A stretch of 64,000 nucleotides of DNA, from positions 18,363 to 82,362 of the forward strand of contig JAEEPS010000002.1 of NCBI GenBank assembly GCA_016284875.1. The letters run 5' to 3'. Positions 44,418 through 53,270 of this stretch are shown here, piece after piece (position 1 is the first letter of the stretch; each line of letters starts with the position of its first letter). The DNA is from Salinivirgaceae bacterium (GTDB taxonomy: Bacteria > Bacteroidota > Bacteroidia > Bacteroidales > SZUA-534). Both the position numbers and the translations under genes were made by a program. The notes under the pieces were generated by a model. It was not told where the DNA came from and did not search any database. It saw nothing but the letters and a program-made list of their open reading frames with translations.

Positions 44418-47348
44418 TCATTTGTTTATAATCGCCTGATAGAAAAGTTCTTGAATCTGTGTGCGGATGTTCAGTTTCGCAAGTTTATTGTCTTTCGAAG
44501 ATGGGAATGTTCGGTTCGTAAGGAAAACCATAAAGCACTCATACTCTGGGTCAATCCAGATATATGTGCCAGTGAATCCGCTGTGGCCGAAACTTTTTTG
44601 AGAAGCATATCGGCAAGTTGGACCATTGCTATTGTACTTTTTCAGAGGTCGGTCGAAGCCCAAAGCACGGCGATTCCCTCCGAATTGGGCAGCAGTGAAT
44701 GTTTGAACCGTTTTGCGGCCGACAATATTGGCATCGCCATAATTGCCGCTGTTAAGCCACATTTGGCAGAGTTTGGCAAGGTCGTTGGCATTTGAGAACA
44801 GGCCTGCGTGTCCCGACACCCCGCCCAACATGGCCGCCCCCTGGTCGTTGACAAAACCACGGACAGTATCGTGCCGCCAAGTCTGGTCAATTTCCGATGG
44901 AACAATCCGCGCCGTTTCGTATTTCGACAATGGCAAATAGCATGTGTTGCTCATTCCCAACGGCTTGTAAATATGCTCATTACAATAATCGTCGATGGTC
45001 TTTCCCGACAGTTTTTCAATCATTTTCGGGAAAAGATAGAACCCAAGGTCGCTGTATAAATACTTCTTCTCACCCAAAGGCGATTTTACGATTTCGGAAT
45101 AGATAGTGTCAATATAACTTGAATTAAGATACAGGCTGTCAGATATTTGGATATTGTACTTGGCATTTTTTGTTTTCGAATACAATTCAGGACGCAATGA
45201 ACCATTTGGCTTGAATGTGTTTTGGTAGAACGGAATCCAACTTTTCAATCCTGCCTGATGAGCCATTATTTGATTTATTTTCAAATCTTTCTTGTTGCTT
45301 TGCGCCAACATTGGTACGTAGGACGAAAGTTTGTCGTTCAGTTTGAATTTCTTTTTGTCGTATAACTGCATGAGCGCGGTGGTGGTGGCCGCCACTTTCG
45401 TGACCGATGCAATATCATAAATATCAGTCATTTGCACAGGCTGCAAACTGTCGTATGTGTGAAATCCATAAGCCTTGCTGTAAACAATACTTCCTTTTAC
45501 ACCGAAAACTATCTGACAGCCAGGCATAACCTTATCAGCAATACACTGATTGATAATGGAATCTATCTTCTGGAATGGTTCGGATTTCAACCCCGCGCTA
45601 TTAACATCGGAATATGCGAGCCTGATGGCCTTGCCGCCGTCCAAACCATTGCCTTGTACAATTTGGTCGTTAACTGAAACTGGCATTTTGCCCCTCACCT
45701 CTCGCCCGCCAAAAACTGCTTGTGCAGCCAGTTCCTGCGTCTCACGACACGAACGATAGCCAATCAGCACTGCCGATAATTGGTTGATATTATGAATCTT
45801 ACCAAGTGCATAAGGATTGCCCAAATGGACAAAAATCGTGTTGCCATGATAGGCCAAAGTATCAATCATTTTTACAGATTCGGGTATAACGCCAAAGTTC
45901 TTCGACTGCAATTCATTCGTGCCCACAGTCGCAACAATCACAGTGCTATATTTTTGCGCGGTATCGAAAACGGCCGCGATTACAGAATCGCTCGGATATG
46001 TGGGCAGGGTGATTGTATCAACAGTAGTGTATAGTTGCAACTGCTTATTGAATTGATTGTCACGTAGTTCACCCAAGGAAATAGCGAGTATCTTATTGTC
46101 AGTCAGATTCTTTATTGGGAAAGCACCATTGTTTTTAATTAAGGTGAATGTTTGACTGGTTAAACTGGTATGTAAAGATGTTGCTCCAGCAGAATTCAAT
46201 TCGGCATAAAGGTTGGTGGTGTCGATGGGCTGATAATGGTTCAGACCCATCCAAGCCTTGGCTGTCAGCACTTTACGACAGCGACGGTTGAGTTCGTCAA
46301 GGCTTATCAGGCTGTCGGCAATGGCCTGCTCAATGCTGTTGATGGTGAGTTCGGCGTTTTTGGGGAAGAGCAGAATGTCGTTTCCAGCCATAAACGCGCG
46401 GACTTCCAACTCGCCAGGTTCAAAGGCGTTTGCCACACCGCGCATATTCAGCGCATCGGTGAAAATCAAACCTTTATAACCTAAATCTTTGATTAGCAGC
46501 GAGTCCACAATACGCTTCGACAGTGTTGACGGAAGCAGCGTGTCGGGTTCCAAGGCGGGCACGGCCAGATGCGCCACCAGCATTCCGCCCATCAGGTCGG
46601 CGGTTTTGCGGAACGGGTATAACTCAATGTCGTTCAGTCGCCGACGGCTGTGATCGACCAGCGGAAGGGCAAGGTGCGAGTCGGTGTGAGTGTCGCCGTG
46701 GCCAGGGAAATGCTTGCCCACGGCCAGAATTCCGCCGTCTTGCATTCCACGCGCATATGCTGACGCACAATCAGTTACGTGCAATTTGCTTTCGCCGAAT
46801 GAGCGGCTGCTGATAATCGGGTTATTAGGTTCGACGTTGATGTCGAGTACGGGTGCGAAATTGATGTTCACGCCCAACCGACGGCACTGACGCGCCACTT
46901 CAGCGCCAAAATCGTATATCGGCTCGCTGCTTCCGATGGCGCCCAAAGCCATTGCGCGCGGGTAGTAAATGGTGCTGTCGAGCCGCATTCCTAACCCGTA
47001 TTCGGCATCGATGGCCACCATTGCGGGAATGTTCAGCACAGCCTGAATGCGGTTGCACAACATCGCTTGCCGCACGGGGCCGCCCTGCATAAAAATTATG
47101 CCGCCAATTTGCTGTTGCTCAAATAATTCAACGGTCTGTTGGTTGTAACTTTCGGTTTTGTTCGAATAGACAGCCATCATTATCAGTTGCGCTATTTTCT
47201 GCCGCGTGTTGAGCGTATTTAGCACGGAATCAGCCCATTGCTCTTGCTCGGCGGCGTATTCCACCTTCCCCGAATCGTGAGTGTTGCCCATAGCGGACAA
47301 ACAAGTCAGCAATCCGACTGCAACCGATAAGTGTTTGAAAATCTTCAT
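44418..47348 (-). CDS. Fusion protein: GH3 NagZ-type beta-N-acetylhexosaminidase domain plus C-terminal serine beta-lactamase/PBP-fold hydrolase domain
   Basis: 976 aa with a signal peptide. The GH3 motif is KHFPGHGDTHTDSH. The second half carries the SxxK active-site motif (ASVTKV) of class C beta-lactamase-like hydrolases. Confidence 0.8.
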   Translation of the reverse strand: MKIFKHLSVAVGLLTCLSAMGNTHDSGKVEYAAEQEQWADSVLNTLNTRQKIAQLIMMAVYSNKTESYNQQTVELFEQQQIGGIIFMQGGPVRQAMLCNRIQAVLNIPAMVAIDAEYGLGMRLDSTIYYPRAMALGAIGSSEPIYDFGAEVARQCRRLGVNINFAPVLDINVEPNNPIISSRSFGESKLHVTDCASAYARGMQDGGILAVGKHFPGHGDTHTDSHLALPLVDHSRRRLNDIELYPFRKTADLMGGMLVAHLAVPALEPDTLLPSTLSKRIVDSLLIKDLGYKGLIFTDALNMRGVANAFEPGELEVRAFMAGNDILLFPKNAELTINSIEQAIADSLISLDELNRRCRKVLTAKAWMGLNHYQPIDTTNLYAELNSAGATSLHTSLTSQTFTLIKNNGAFPIKNLTDNKILAISLGELRDNQFNKQLQLYTTVDTITLPTYPSDSVIAAVFDTAQKYSTVIVATVGTNELQSKNFGVIPESVKMIDTLAYHGNTIFVHLGNPYALGKIHNINQLSAVLIGYRSCRETQELAAQAVFGGREVRGKMPVSVNDQIVQGNGLDGGKAIRLAYSDVNSAGLKSEPFQKIDSIINQCIADKVMPGCQIVFGVKGSIVYSKAYGFHTYDSLQPVQMTDIYDIASVTKVAATTTALMQLYDKKKFKLNDKLSSYVPMLAQSNKKDLKINQIMAHQAGLKSWIPFYQNTFKPNGSLRPELYSKTKNAKYNIQISDSLYLNSSYIDTIYSEIVKSPLGEKKYLYSDLGFYLFPKMIEKLSGKTIDDYCNEHIYKPLGMSNTCYLPLSKYETARIVPSEIDQTWRHDTVRGFVNDQGAAMLGGVSGHAGLFSNANDLAKLCQMWLNSGNYGDANIVGRKTVQTFTAAQFGGNRRALGFDRPLKKYNSNGPTCRYASQKSFGHSGFTGTYIWIDPEYECFMVFLTNRTFPSSKDNKLAKLNIRTQIQELFYQAIINK

Positions 47349-47426
47349 TCCAACCCTAAACTTCCAACTTCAACCTAACTCTTTATTCTGAATTCTAAAT
47401 TCTAAATTCAGAATTCAAAACCCTAA
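47349..47426. repeat. Heptad-periodic intergenic repeat (TTCTGAA TTCTAAA TTCTAAA TTCAGAA TTCAAAA) with internal palindrome
   Basis: Direct reading. TCTGAAT ... ATTCAGA are inverted copies. It is preceded by ccaaccctaaacttccaacttcaacctaac. Confidence 0.75.
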
Positions 47427-48752
47427 CTATTTGATAATCTTGAATAATCTGCGCCAGCGTATGTTTTTCGGGAACGATTGGTCCTTGTCCGACGAGAACC
47501 AAATCATCGAAGCCTTGCCAACTATGTGGTCTTCAGGCACAAAGCCCCAGAAACGCGAGTCGAGCGAGTTGTGGCGGTTGTCGCCCATCATCCAGTAGTA
47601 GTCCATTGCAAAGGTGTACTTGTCGGCGGGCTGCCCATTTATATATATGGTGCTGTCCTTCACCTGCAGGTCGTTGCCTTCGTAGATGCGGATAATGCGC
47701 TGATACAAAGGCAAATTATCGATTGTTAAGTCGATGGTAGTGCCTTTTTTCGGAACCCACAGCGGGCCAAAGTTGTCTTCGTTCCAGCGATAGCGCGCGT
47801 CGTGCGGGAAGTTGGTGCCGTCATAGCGGTCGCCAGCATTGACGCGTTTTATCTCTCTGATAAAGCGGAAGTTGCGAAGACTCTCAACCATTTCGGGTGT
47901 CAATGGAATCTGATAGTGTCCTGCTGCAATTTGGCTGCGGCTTATGTCTTCCATCGATATGCCCAATCGTTGTAATGCCTTGGGACTGAACGCGGTACCA
48001 TCGGTTATGATGTCGTAGCGGTATTGCTTTATGCCGATTTCCTTTTGCGGCTGTCCGTTGATAAACAGTTGTCCGTCAACAATTTTGAGCGAGTCGCCAG
48101 GAATGGCCACGCAGCGTTTGATGTAGTTTTCACGCTTGTCCACAGGGCGGTAACCGATGGTGTAGTACTGCCAGATTTTGTCGCGGCCGTAGTCGCGCAC
48201 CATCTGATGGTAACTTGGTGCCTGATTTTCAAGGCAAACCGTGTCGCCTTCGGGGAAGTTGAACACAACCACATCGTTGTTCTTAATCTTGCGGAAACCA
48301 GCCATACGTGTGTATTTGCGTTGCCAAATATCAGAATATGAGCGTGTTGTGGCAGTGAACGGCATTGTGTGGTGCACAAACGGCACCGAAATTGGCGTTA
48401 TCGGCTTGCGCGGGCCGTAAGTGAACTTATTTACAAACAGATAGTCGCCCACGAGCAGTGATTTTTCCATCGACGAAGTTGGTATGGTGTACGCCTCGAA
48501 CAGGAACGTGCGGATAAGCGATGCTACAACCACTGCAAATATCACAGCATCAATCCATTCCACAGTCTTTGTCTGCTTCTCAACACCTTTTTTCTTCCAA
48601 AAAGCCCAATGAACTTTTTTGGTGATGTAGATGTCGAAAATCACAGGAATGCCCAGCAACCACCATAGGCCGCCGTTCCAAATAATCCACAGAATGTAGA
48701 TTACGAGTACTATGCTGAATTTTATAATGTCTTTCTTTGACGGCTTTTCCAT
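47427..48752 (-). CDS. lepB: Signal peptidase I
   Basis: 441 aa with N-terminal TM helices, the Ser box IPTSSMEKSLLVGDYLFV and the C-terminal box GDNRHNSLDSRFWGFVPEDHIVGKA. Confidence 0.9.
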   Translation of the reverse strand: MEKPSKKDIIKFSIVLVIYILWIIWNGGLWWLLGIPVIFDIYITKKVHWAFWKKKGVEKQTKTVEWIDAVIFAVVVASLIRTFLFEAYTIPTSSMEKSLLVGDYLFVNKFTYGPRKPITPISVPFVHHTMPFTATTRSYSDIWQRKYTRMAGFRKIKNNDVVVFNFPEGDTVCLENQAPSYHQMVRDYGRDKIWQYYTIGYRPVDKRENYIKRCVAIPGDSLKIVDGQLFINGQPQKEIGIKQYRYDIITDGTAFSPKALQRLGISMEDISRSQIAAGHYQIPLTPEMVESLRNFRFIREIKRVNAGDRYDGTNFPHDARYRWNEDNFGPLWVPKKGTTIDLTIDNLPLYQRIIRIYEGNDLQVKDSTIYINGQPADKYTFAMDYYWMMGDNRHNSLDSRFWGFVPEDHIVGKASMIWFSSDKDQSFPKNIRWRRLFKIIK

Positions 48753-48755
48753 TGC

Positions 48756-49484
48756 TTATCGTTTTAATATTGAGTCAAATACGTCTTTCATACTGTAGAT
48801 GCCTTTTTTGCCAGCCATAAACTCGGCGGCCACCACTGCACCAAGCGCGAAACCCTTGCGGTTGAAGGCTTCGTGGCGAATGGTAATCTCATCGGCCTCA
48901 GAGCGGTAGAAAACCTCGTGAGTGCCAGGCACTTCGCCAATGCGTTCTGATGTTATCGGCAACTCATTCGGCTGACAGTCAGCGGTTTTCACCCATTTGT
49001 CGAGACGCGGATTGATTTTCACAATGTCCTCACCCAAAGTGATGGCTGTGCCGCTCGGTGCGTCTAACTTGTGAATATGGTGTATCTCGTTCATTCTCAC
49101 CGAATAATCGGGGAAACTGCTCATCATTTCAGCAAGTTTGCGGTTCAGTTCAAAGAACAGATTCACGCCCAGGCTGAAGTTCGATGCGTAAAGGAAACCG
49201 CCGTTCTGCTTGCGGCACTCTTCCTCAACCATCGGACGTTGGTCGAGCCAGCCAGTAGTGCCCGTAACCACAGGCACACCCGCCTTGAAGCACTTCAGAT
49301 AGTCGCCCACAGCCGATTCGGGGAAAGTGAACTCAATGGCCACGTCAACCGTTTTAAACTTCTCGCTTTCAAGGTCTTGCATATTGTCCTTGTCGATGGT
49401 CAGCACAACATTGTGCCCTCTTTTCACGGCAATGGCCTCAATCTCGTGGCCCATCCGTCCGTATCCGATAATCGCTAATTTCAT
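48756..49484 (-). CDS. dapB: 4-hydroxy-tetrahydrodipicolinate reductase
   Basis: The Rossmann N-terminus is MKLAIIGYGRMG, with the start trimmed from 49517. The catalytic-region segment is HHIHKLDAPSGTA. It is in the conserved dapB-lepB arrangement. Confidence 0.9.
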   Translation of the reverse strand: MKLAIIGYGRMGHEIEAIAVKRGHNVVLTIDKDNMQDLESEKFKTVDVAIEFTFPESAVGDYLKCFKAGVPVVTGTTGWLDQRPMVEEECRKQNGGFLYASNFSLGVNLFFELNRKLAEMMSSFPDYSVRMNEIHHIHKLDAPSGTAITLGEDIVKINPRLDKWVKTADCQPNELPITSERIGEVPGTHEVFYRSEADEITIRHEAFNRKGFALGAVVAAEFMAGKKGIYSMKDVFDSILKR

Positions 49485-49814
49485 TCTCTTAAAATTTATA
49501 TATGTATTTTGACGCAAAGGTTTGTCGAATTTCGATAAGAATCAAACGAATGGTGTAAAAACTTATTATAGGTTGCTGATAAAATAGCATTACTCTGTTT
49601 TTTTTCGACAACTACCCACAATCCGTCTCAACATCGAAATCATTTCTGTTCAAATCTGACAAAAAATGTTAATAAAAATATTCAACTATATACCAAGCAG
49701 TTATGCCCATATAGGTATAAATACCTATTGACCAAAAGTGGCGTTTTCGATAGGTTTGCAGCGCTTTTTTAGGAAATATGAAGCATATATTATGTCTTAC
49801 ATAAATTAATTACA

Positions 49815-50285
49815 ATGACAAAAAAAAGAAGAATTTTAGCCGTTGCAGCAGTGCTTTTTTGCGCGAGCGCGGCCACAGCCCAAACCACAGTTGCCACATC
49901 GGGTGGAGAGGCAGGAACGGTAAGTTTCACCGTTGGTCAGCCGTTCTACGAGACTACAACATCTGATGCGGGTAGCCTTGCAGCAGGAGTGCAGCAGGCC
50001 TACACCATTAGCGTTGTTGACGGTATCGAGAACTCGCAGATAACCCTTGAGGCCGAGGTTTACCCAAACCCAGTGACCGACCGCTTGAACCTCCGCGTGG
50101 TTGATGCCAGCGATTCCGCCCTGCATTACACGCTCACCGACAACAACGGCCGCACCCTCGAAACCGACGACATTCAGGATGCACTGTCGGCAATCGACAT
50201 GAGTCAATTTGTGCAAGGTGTTTATTTCCTAAGAGTTGACAATGGAGAGAGAGTAGTGAAAACGTTTAAAATCGTGAAAAATTGA
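49815..50285 (+). CDS. Small secreted protein with T9SS C-terminal sorting domain
   Basis: 156 aa with a signal peptide ending ATAQ. The C-terminal half reads EVYPNPVTDRLNLRV...GVYFLRVDNGERVVKTFKIVKN, which is T9SS sorting-domain-like. Confidence 0.75.
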   Translation: MTKKRRILAVAAVLFCASAATAQTTVATSGGEAGTVSFTVGQPFYETTTSDAGSLAAGVQQAYTISVVDGIENSQITLEAEVYPNPVTDRLNLRVVDASDSALHYTLTDNNGRTLETDDIQDALSAIDMSQFVQGVYFLRVDNGERVVKTFKIVKN

Positions 50286-50292
50286 TAATTAA

Positions 50293-50354
50293 GGCATTAG
50301 GTTTTAGGCACTAGGCATTAGGGATTTTAAACTTGTTCAACCTTTAAACCAAAC
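50293..50354. repeat. Heptad-periodic repeat tract (GGCATTAG GTTTTAG GCACTAG GCATTAG) plus an AAACTTGTTCAACC module
   Basis: Direct reading, with the same module order as 40638-40700. 18 nt (50306-50323) are identical to 12063-12080. Confidence 0.85.
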
Positions 50355-50378
50355 ACAAAAAAAAGAAACACTTTAATA

Positions 50379-52898
50379 ATGAATATTTTAAAAACAAAAA
50401 ACATGAGAAAAATTACAACAATTGTTGCTGCCCTGTTATTATCAGTGGCAACATTCGCCCAAGCCCCGCAGGGCTTCAGTTATCAGGCTGTTGTGCGCGA
50501 TGCGCAGAACGCTGTGGTTGTTAACCAAGAGGTGGAGGTGACGCTCACCATCACTGCCGAAATCAATGGCGCGGCCGTGCAGACTTACACCGAGAAACAC
50601 ACCGCTACCACCAACCAAAACGGACTTCTGACACTGACGGTTGGCCAGGGCGAGAGCAGCCAGAAACTCTCTGACATTAAATGGAATCTGCCCGACGCCA
50701 TCTATAACATGCGCACCGAGACCAAGTACGGCACAGTCACCACTCAACTTTTGAGCGTGCCGTTTGCCATGTATGCCGAGCAGGCTGGCGACATCGATTT
50801 CGATAAACTGGCTAAAAAGTTGAACAGCAGCGATGTACAGGCTCTTTTGAACTTTGTGAAACCTGAAGATTTGGAAAAGGTATACCAATATATAAAAGAC
50901 TCTGTAGGCAACACTTATATCAAGAAAACCGATGTTAACGTCTTGACAAACAATTATGTAACTAAAGAATATTTTGAAAACTACGTCATCAGTGGCGGAA
51001 CCCCCGACTCGGTTGACTTGAGCGTTTACGCCAAAAAGACTGATTTGCCGAACATGAGCAATTATGTTCAAATGCGTATGCTGGATTATTACTCTGATAC
51101 TATAAACCAAATCCGCTCGGAATACGCGAAGAAGAATTTTGTGGCAGAAAACTACGTAACCAAAGAGGCTTTCGACAACTATGTTTTGAGCGGCGGCGAT
51201 GCCGAATCGGTTGACCTCACCGTTTACGCCAAAAGCGCCGACGTTGAGAAAACTTACGCCAAGAAGGCCGACATTCCAAGTTTGAGCGGCTATGCACTCA
51301 AGTCTGATATTCCGACAATGCCCACCGTTCCAACCAAAGTGTCTGAATTGCAGAACGATGTCAATTATCTGACATCTCACCAGGATATTAGTGGCAAGCA
51401 AGATGTTATCGACGACCTTGACGACATCCGCAGCGGTGCAGCCCTTGGCGCAACGGCTTTGCAGAGCCATCAATCGCTTGACGCTTATGCAAAAACAGCC
51501 GATGTCGCTGCAGGCTATGTAACCAAAGAGACTTTTGACAACTATGTTTTGAGCGGTGGTAATGCTCAATCTGTTGACCTCACCGTTTATGCAAAAACAG
51601 CCGATGTTGCAAAAACTTATGCCACCCAAACCGAAGTTGCTGGCAAAGTTGACAAAGATGGTAACAAAGTCCTGTCAACCAACGATTTCACCAACGAACT
51701 GAAAACAAAACTGGAAAGTGGTGTTCTCACCGAGCATCAAGACATTACAGGCAAAGCCGACAAAAGCGCAATGAGCATTGTGCAAGGAACAGGCGAAAAT
51801 GCCGACAAAGCAACCATTACTCTTAAAGAAGGCACTTCGGCTACTGTTCTAACCGATCACCAATCTTTGGAGGCACTCACACAGCAAATCGCCGCCTTGC
51901 AGGAGGCAATTGCTCAACTGCGAGCAGCAATGCCAACCATTGAGATGTCAAAACTAAAGATTAAGATTGTCAATCCTTATGCTGGCAACAGCAGTACGTG
52001 GGGCTCCAACACCGCAACAGTCCAGTTCAATGGAGAGTCATTCACCTCGGGCACAAAAGAATTCGACGTGCAGGTTGGTTCTGCTATGCCACTCTCAGTT
52101 TCGCTCGGAACATTCAAGCAGACAGAGACCCATTATTATCCGTATGTGTATACCTACACAATAACCATCAACGGCCAGCCATTCGATAATGTAGCGGGAA
52201 CCTACGACCGTCCTACAGGTTATGTCTATAACACAATGCGTACCGTCAGCCTCACTGAACTTGTGGCAAAAGGGATGATTGAGGGCGGCAATGAGAAACT
52301 GTCAGATAATCAAATCGGTTATAGTGAATGGCACGGCCATGAAGATGGATATGGAGATGCCGAAGAAATGGACACCTACTTCAACCGCACAGCGCAGCAA
52401 GACCAGTTTCACATATATGCCGATATTGTTGATGCCCTTCCTGATTATGACAATAAAAAATACCAACCTTTTAACGCTCAATTTGGGCGTGACGGAAGTT
52501 TTACTATTGACTATGACAGAACTTACAATAAATATTTCGAGAACAGGCTGTTGCTGTCAATAACACAGGAAGATGGTAAAATGGCTGAATCAGGATGGGG
52601 AGAATATAGTGTTGGTATAACAAAGAAAGGATATTATTGGAGTTCAAATTCTTGGACTAATGATGAAGGTGTAAGTGCGTTAGGTTTAACGCATTCCTCT
52701 CACTATAGAGATAATATTCATGGTTTTGCCCCGATCTTTGCTAAGATACCGAATTTTGTGTACAAAATGGAGTATGAGCAGGGCGAGATTTTGAAAGTTG
52801 GTACTCTCAAAGACAAGTTGAATGCCAATATGAACAGCCAGAATGTTGGCCCGTTCATTAGCGGTGAGAACACTATTGTGATAACGGCGATTATATAA
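50379..52898 (+). CDS. Secreted repeat protein with tail-fibre-like stalk repeats and an unassigned C-terminal domain of about 330 aa
   Basis: 839 aa; the start may be the M at 50403. A signal peptide is present. The N-terminal domain reads QGFSYQAVVRDAQN.... Three long repeats read YVTKE.F.NYV.SGG...SVDL.VYAK..D. Short units include HQDISGK, HQDITGKADK and LSTNDFTNELKTKLE. No T9SS sorting domain is seen. Confidence 0.6.
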   Translation: MNILKTKNMRKITTIVAALLLSVATFAQAPQGFSYQAVVRDAQNAVVVNQEVEVTLTITAEINGAAVQTYTEKHTATTNQNGLLTLTVGQGESSQKLSDIKWNLPDAIYNMRTETKYGTVTTQLLSVPFAMYAEQAGDIDFDKLAKKLNSSDVQALLNFVKPEDLEKVYQYIKDSVGNTYIKKTDVNVLTNNYVTKEYFENYVISGGTPDSVDLSVYAKKTDLPNMSNYVQMRMLDYYSDTINQIRSEYAKKNFVAENYVTKEAFDNYVLSGGDAESVDLTVYAKSADVEKTYAKKADIPSLSGYALKSDIPTMPTVPTKVSELQNDVNYLTSHQDISGKQDVIDDLDDIRSGAALGATALQSHQSLDAYAKTADVAAGYVTKETFDNYVLSGGNAQSVDLTVYAKTADVAKTYATQTEVAGKVDKDGNKVLSTNDFTNELKTKLESGVLTEHQDITGKADKSAMSIVQGTGENADKATITLKEGTSATVLTDHQSLEALTQQIAALQEAIAQLRAAMPTIEMSKLKIKIVNPYAGNSSTWGSNTATVQFNGESFTSGTKEFDVQVGSAMPLSVSLGTFKQTETHYYPYVYTYTITINGQPFDNVAGTYDRPTGYVYNTMRTVSLTELVAKGMIEGGNEKLSDNQIGYSEWHGHEDGYGDAEEMDTYFNRTAQQDQFHIYADIVDALPDYDNKKYQPFNAQFGRDGSFTIDYDRTYNKYFENRLLLSITQEDGKMAESGWGEYSVGITKKGYYWSSNSWTNDEGVSALGLTHSSHYRDNIHGFAPIFAKIPNFVYKMEYEQGEILKVGTLKDKLNANMNSQNVGPFISGENTIVITAII

Positions 52899-52933
52899 CT
52901 AATTGATTAGAGTCTAATACCATAAACAAACCG

Positions 52934-52976
52934 AACCCCTTCCTTAGCCAAACAAATGGCTGGGGAAGGGGTTTTT
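52934..52976 (+). terminator. Rho-independent terminator (long hairpin)
   Basis: AACCCCTTCC ... GGAAGGGGTT is a perfect 10-bp stem with an inner AGCCA/TGGCT pairing, followed by TTTT. Confidence 0.75.
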
Positions 52977-53270
52977 GTTTTATGTGATAAAAAGTGATTC
53001 TCATTTTATCACCATTCCGACTCCAATAAGTTCGTTTCCCTCGAATGAGAAAAAGCGTGCAAACGGTTGAATCAATCATACATCAATCTAAAATTCAATA
53101 TTATAACACCGCGTTAGAAAATCGGATGAACAACCGTGGTGTCAATAAAAATCAAGGCTGAAAGGCGGTTTGGCACAGAATATGTAACTAAAAATGGGTT
53201 GCGAAAAGGACTACCAATGTCCAATTATCGCTTAAGAACTTGTATATCAAGAAAATCTAACATAAACAAA

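Noticed and set aside
47351-47427. Telomere-like CCCTAA(A) strings (aaccctaaac, aaaaccctaac)
   Set aside because: Only two non-adjacent copies are present, embedded in the heptad tract of a bacterial spacer. There is no tandem telomeric array.
50442-51629. 395-aa minus-strand ORF
   Set aside because: It is antisense to the tail-fibre-like repeat gene, which has a signal peptide and coherent repeats.
49815-52898. Prophage or phage remnant, suggested by the tail-fibre-like repeats
   Set aside because: There is no integrase, terminase, capsid, baseplate or att-like repeat nearby, and the flanks are core genes. It is kept only as a possible domesticated fibre-like protein.
52984-53012. 9-bp inverted repeat GTGATAAAA ... 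TTTTATCAC upstream of mmdA
   Set aside because: It is A/T-rich, short, and lies just after a strong terminator. It may be a secondary hairpin. I found too little support to call it a regulatory site.
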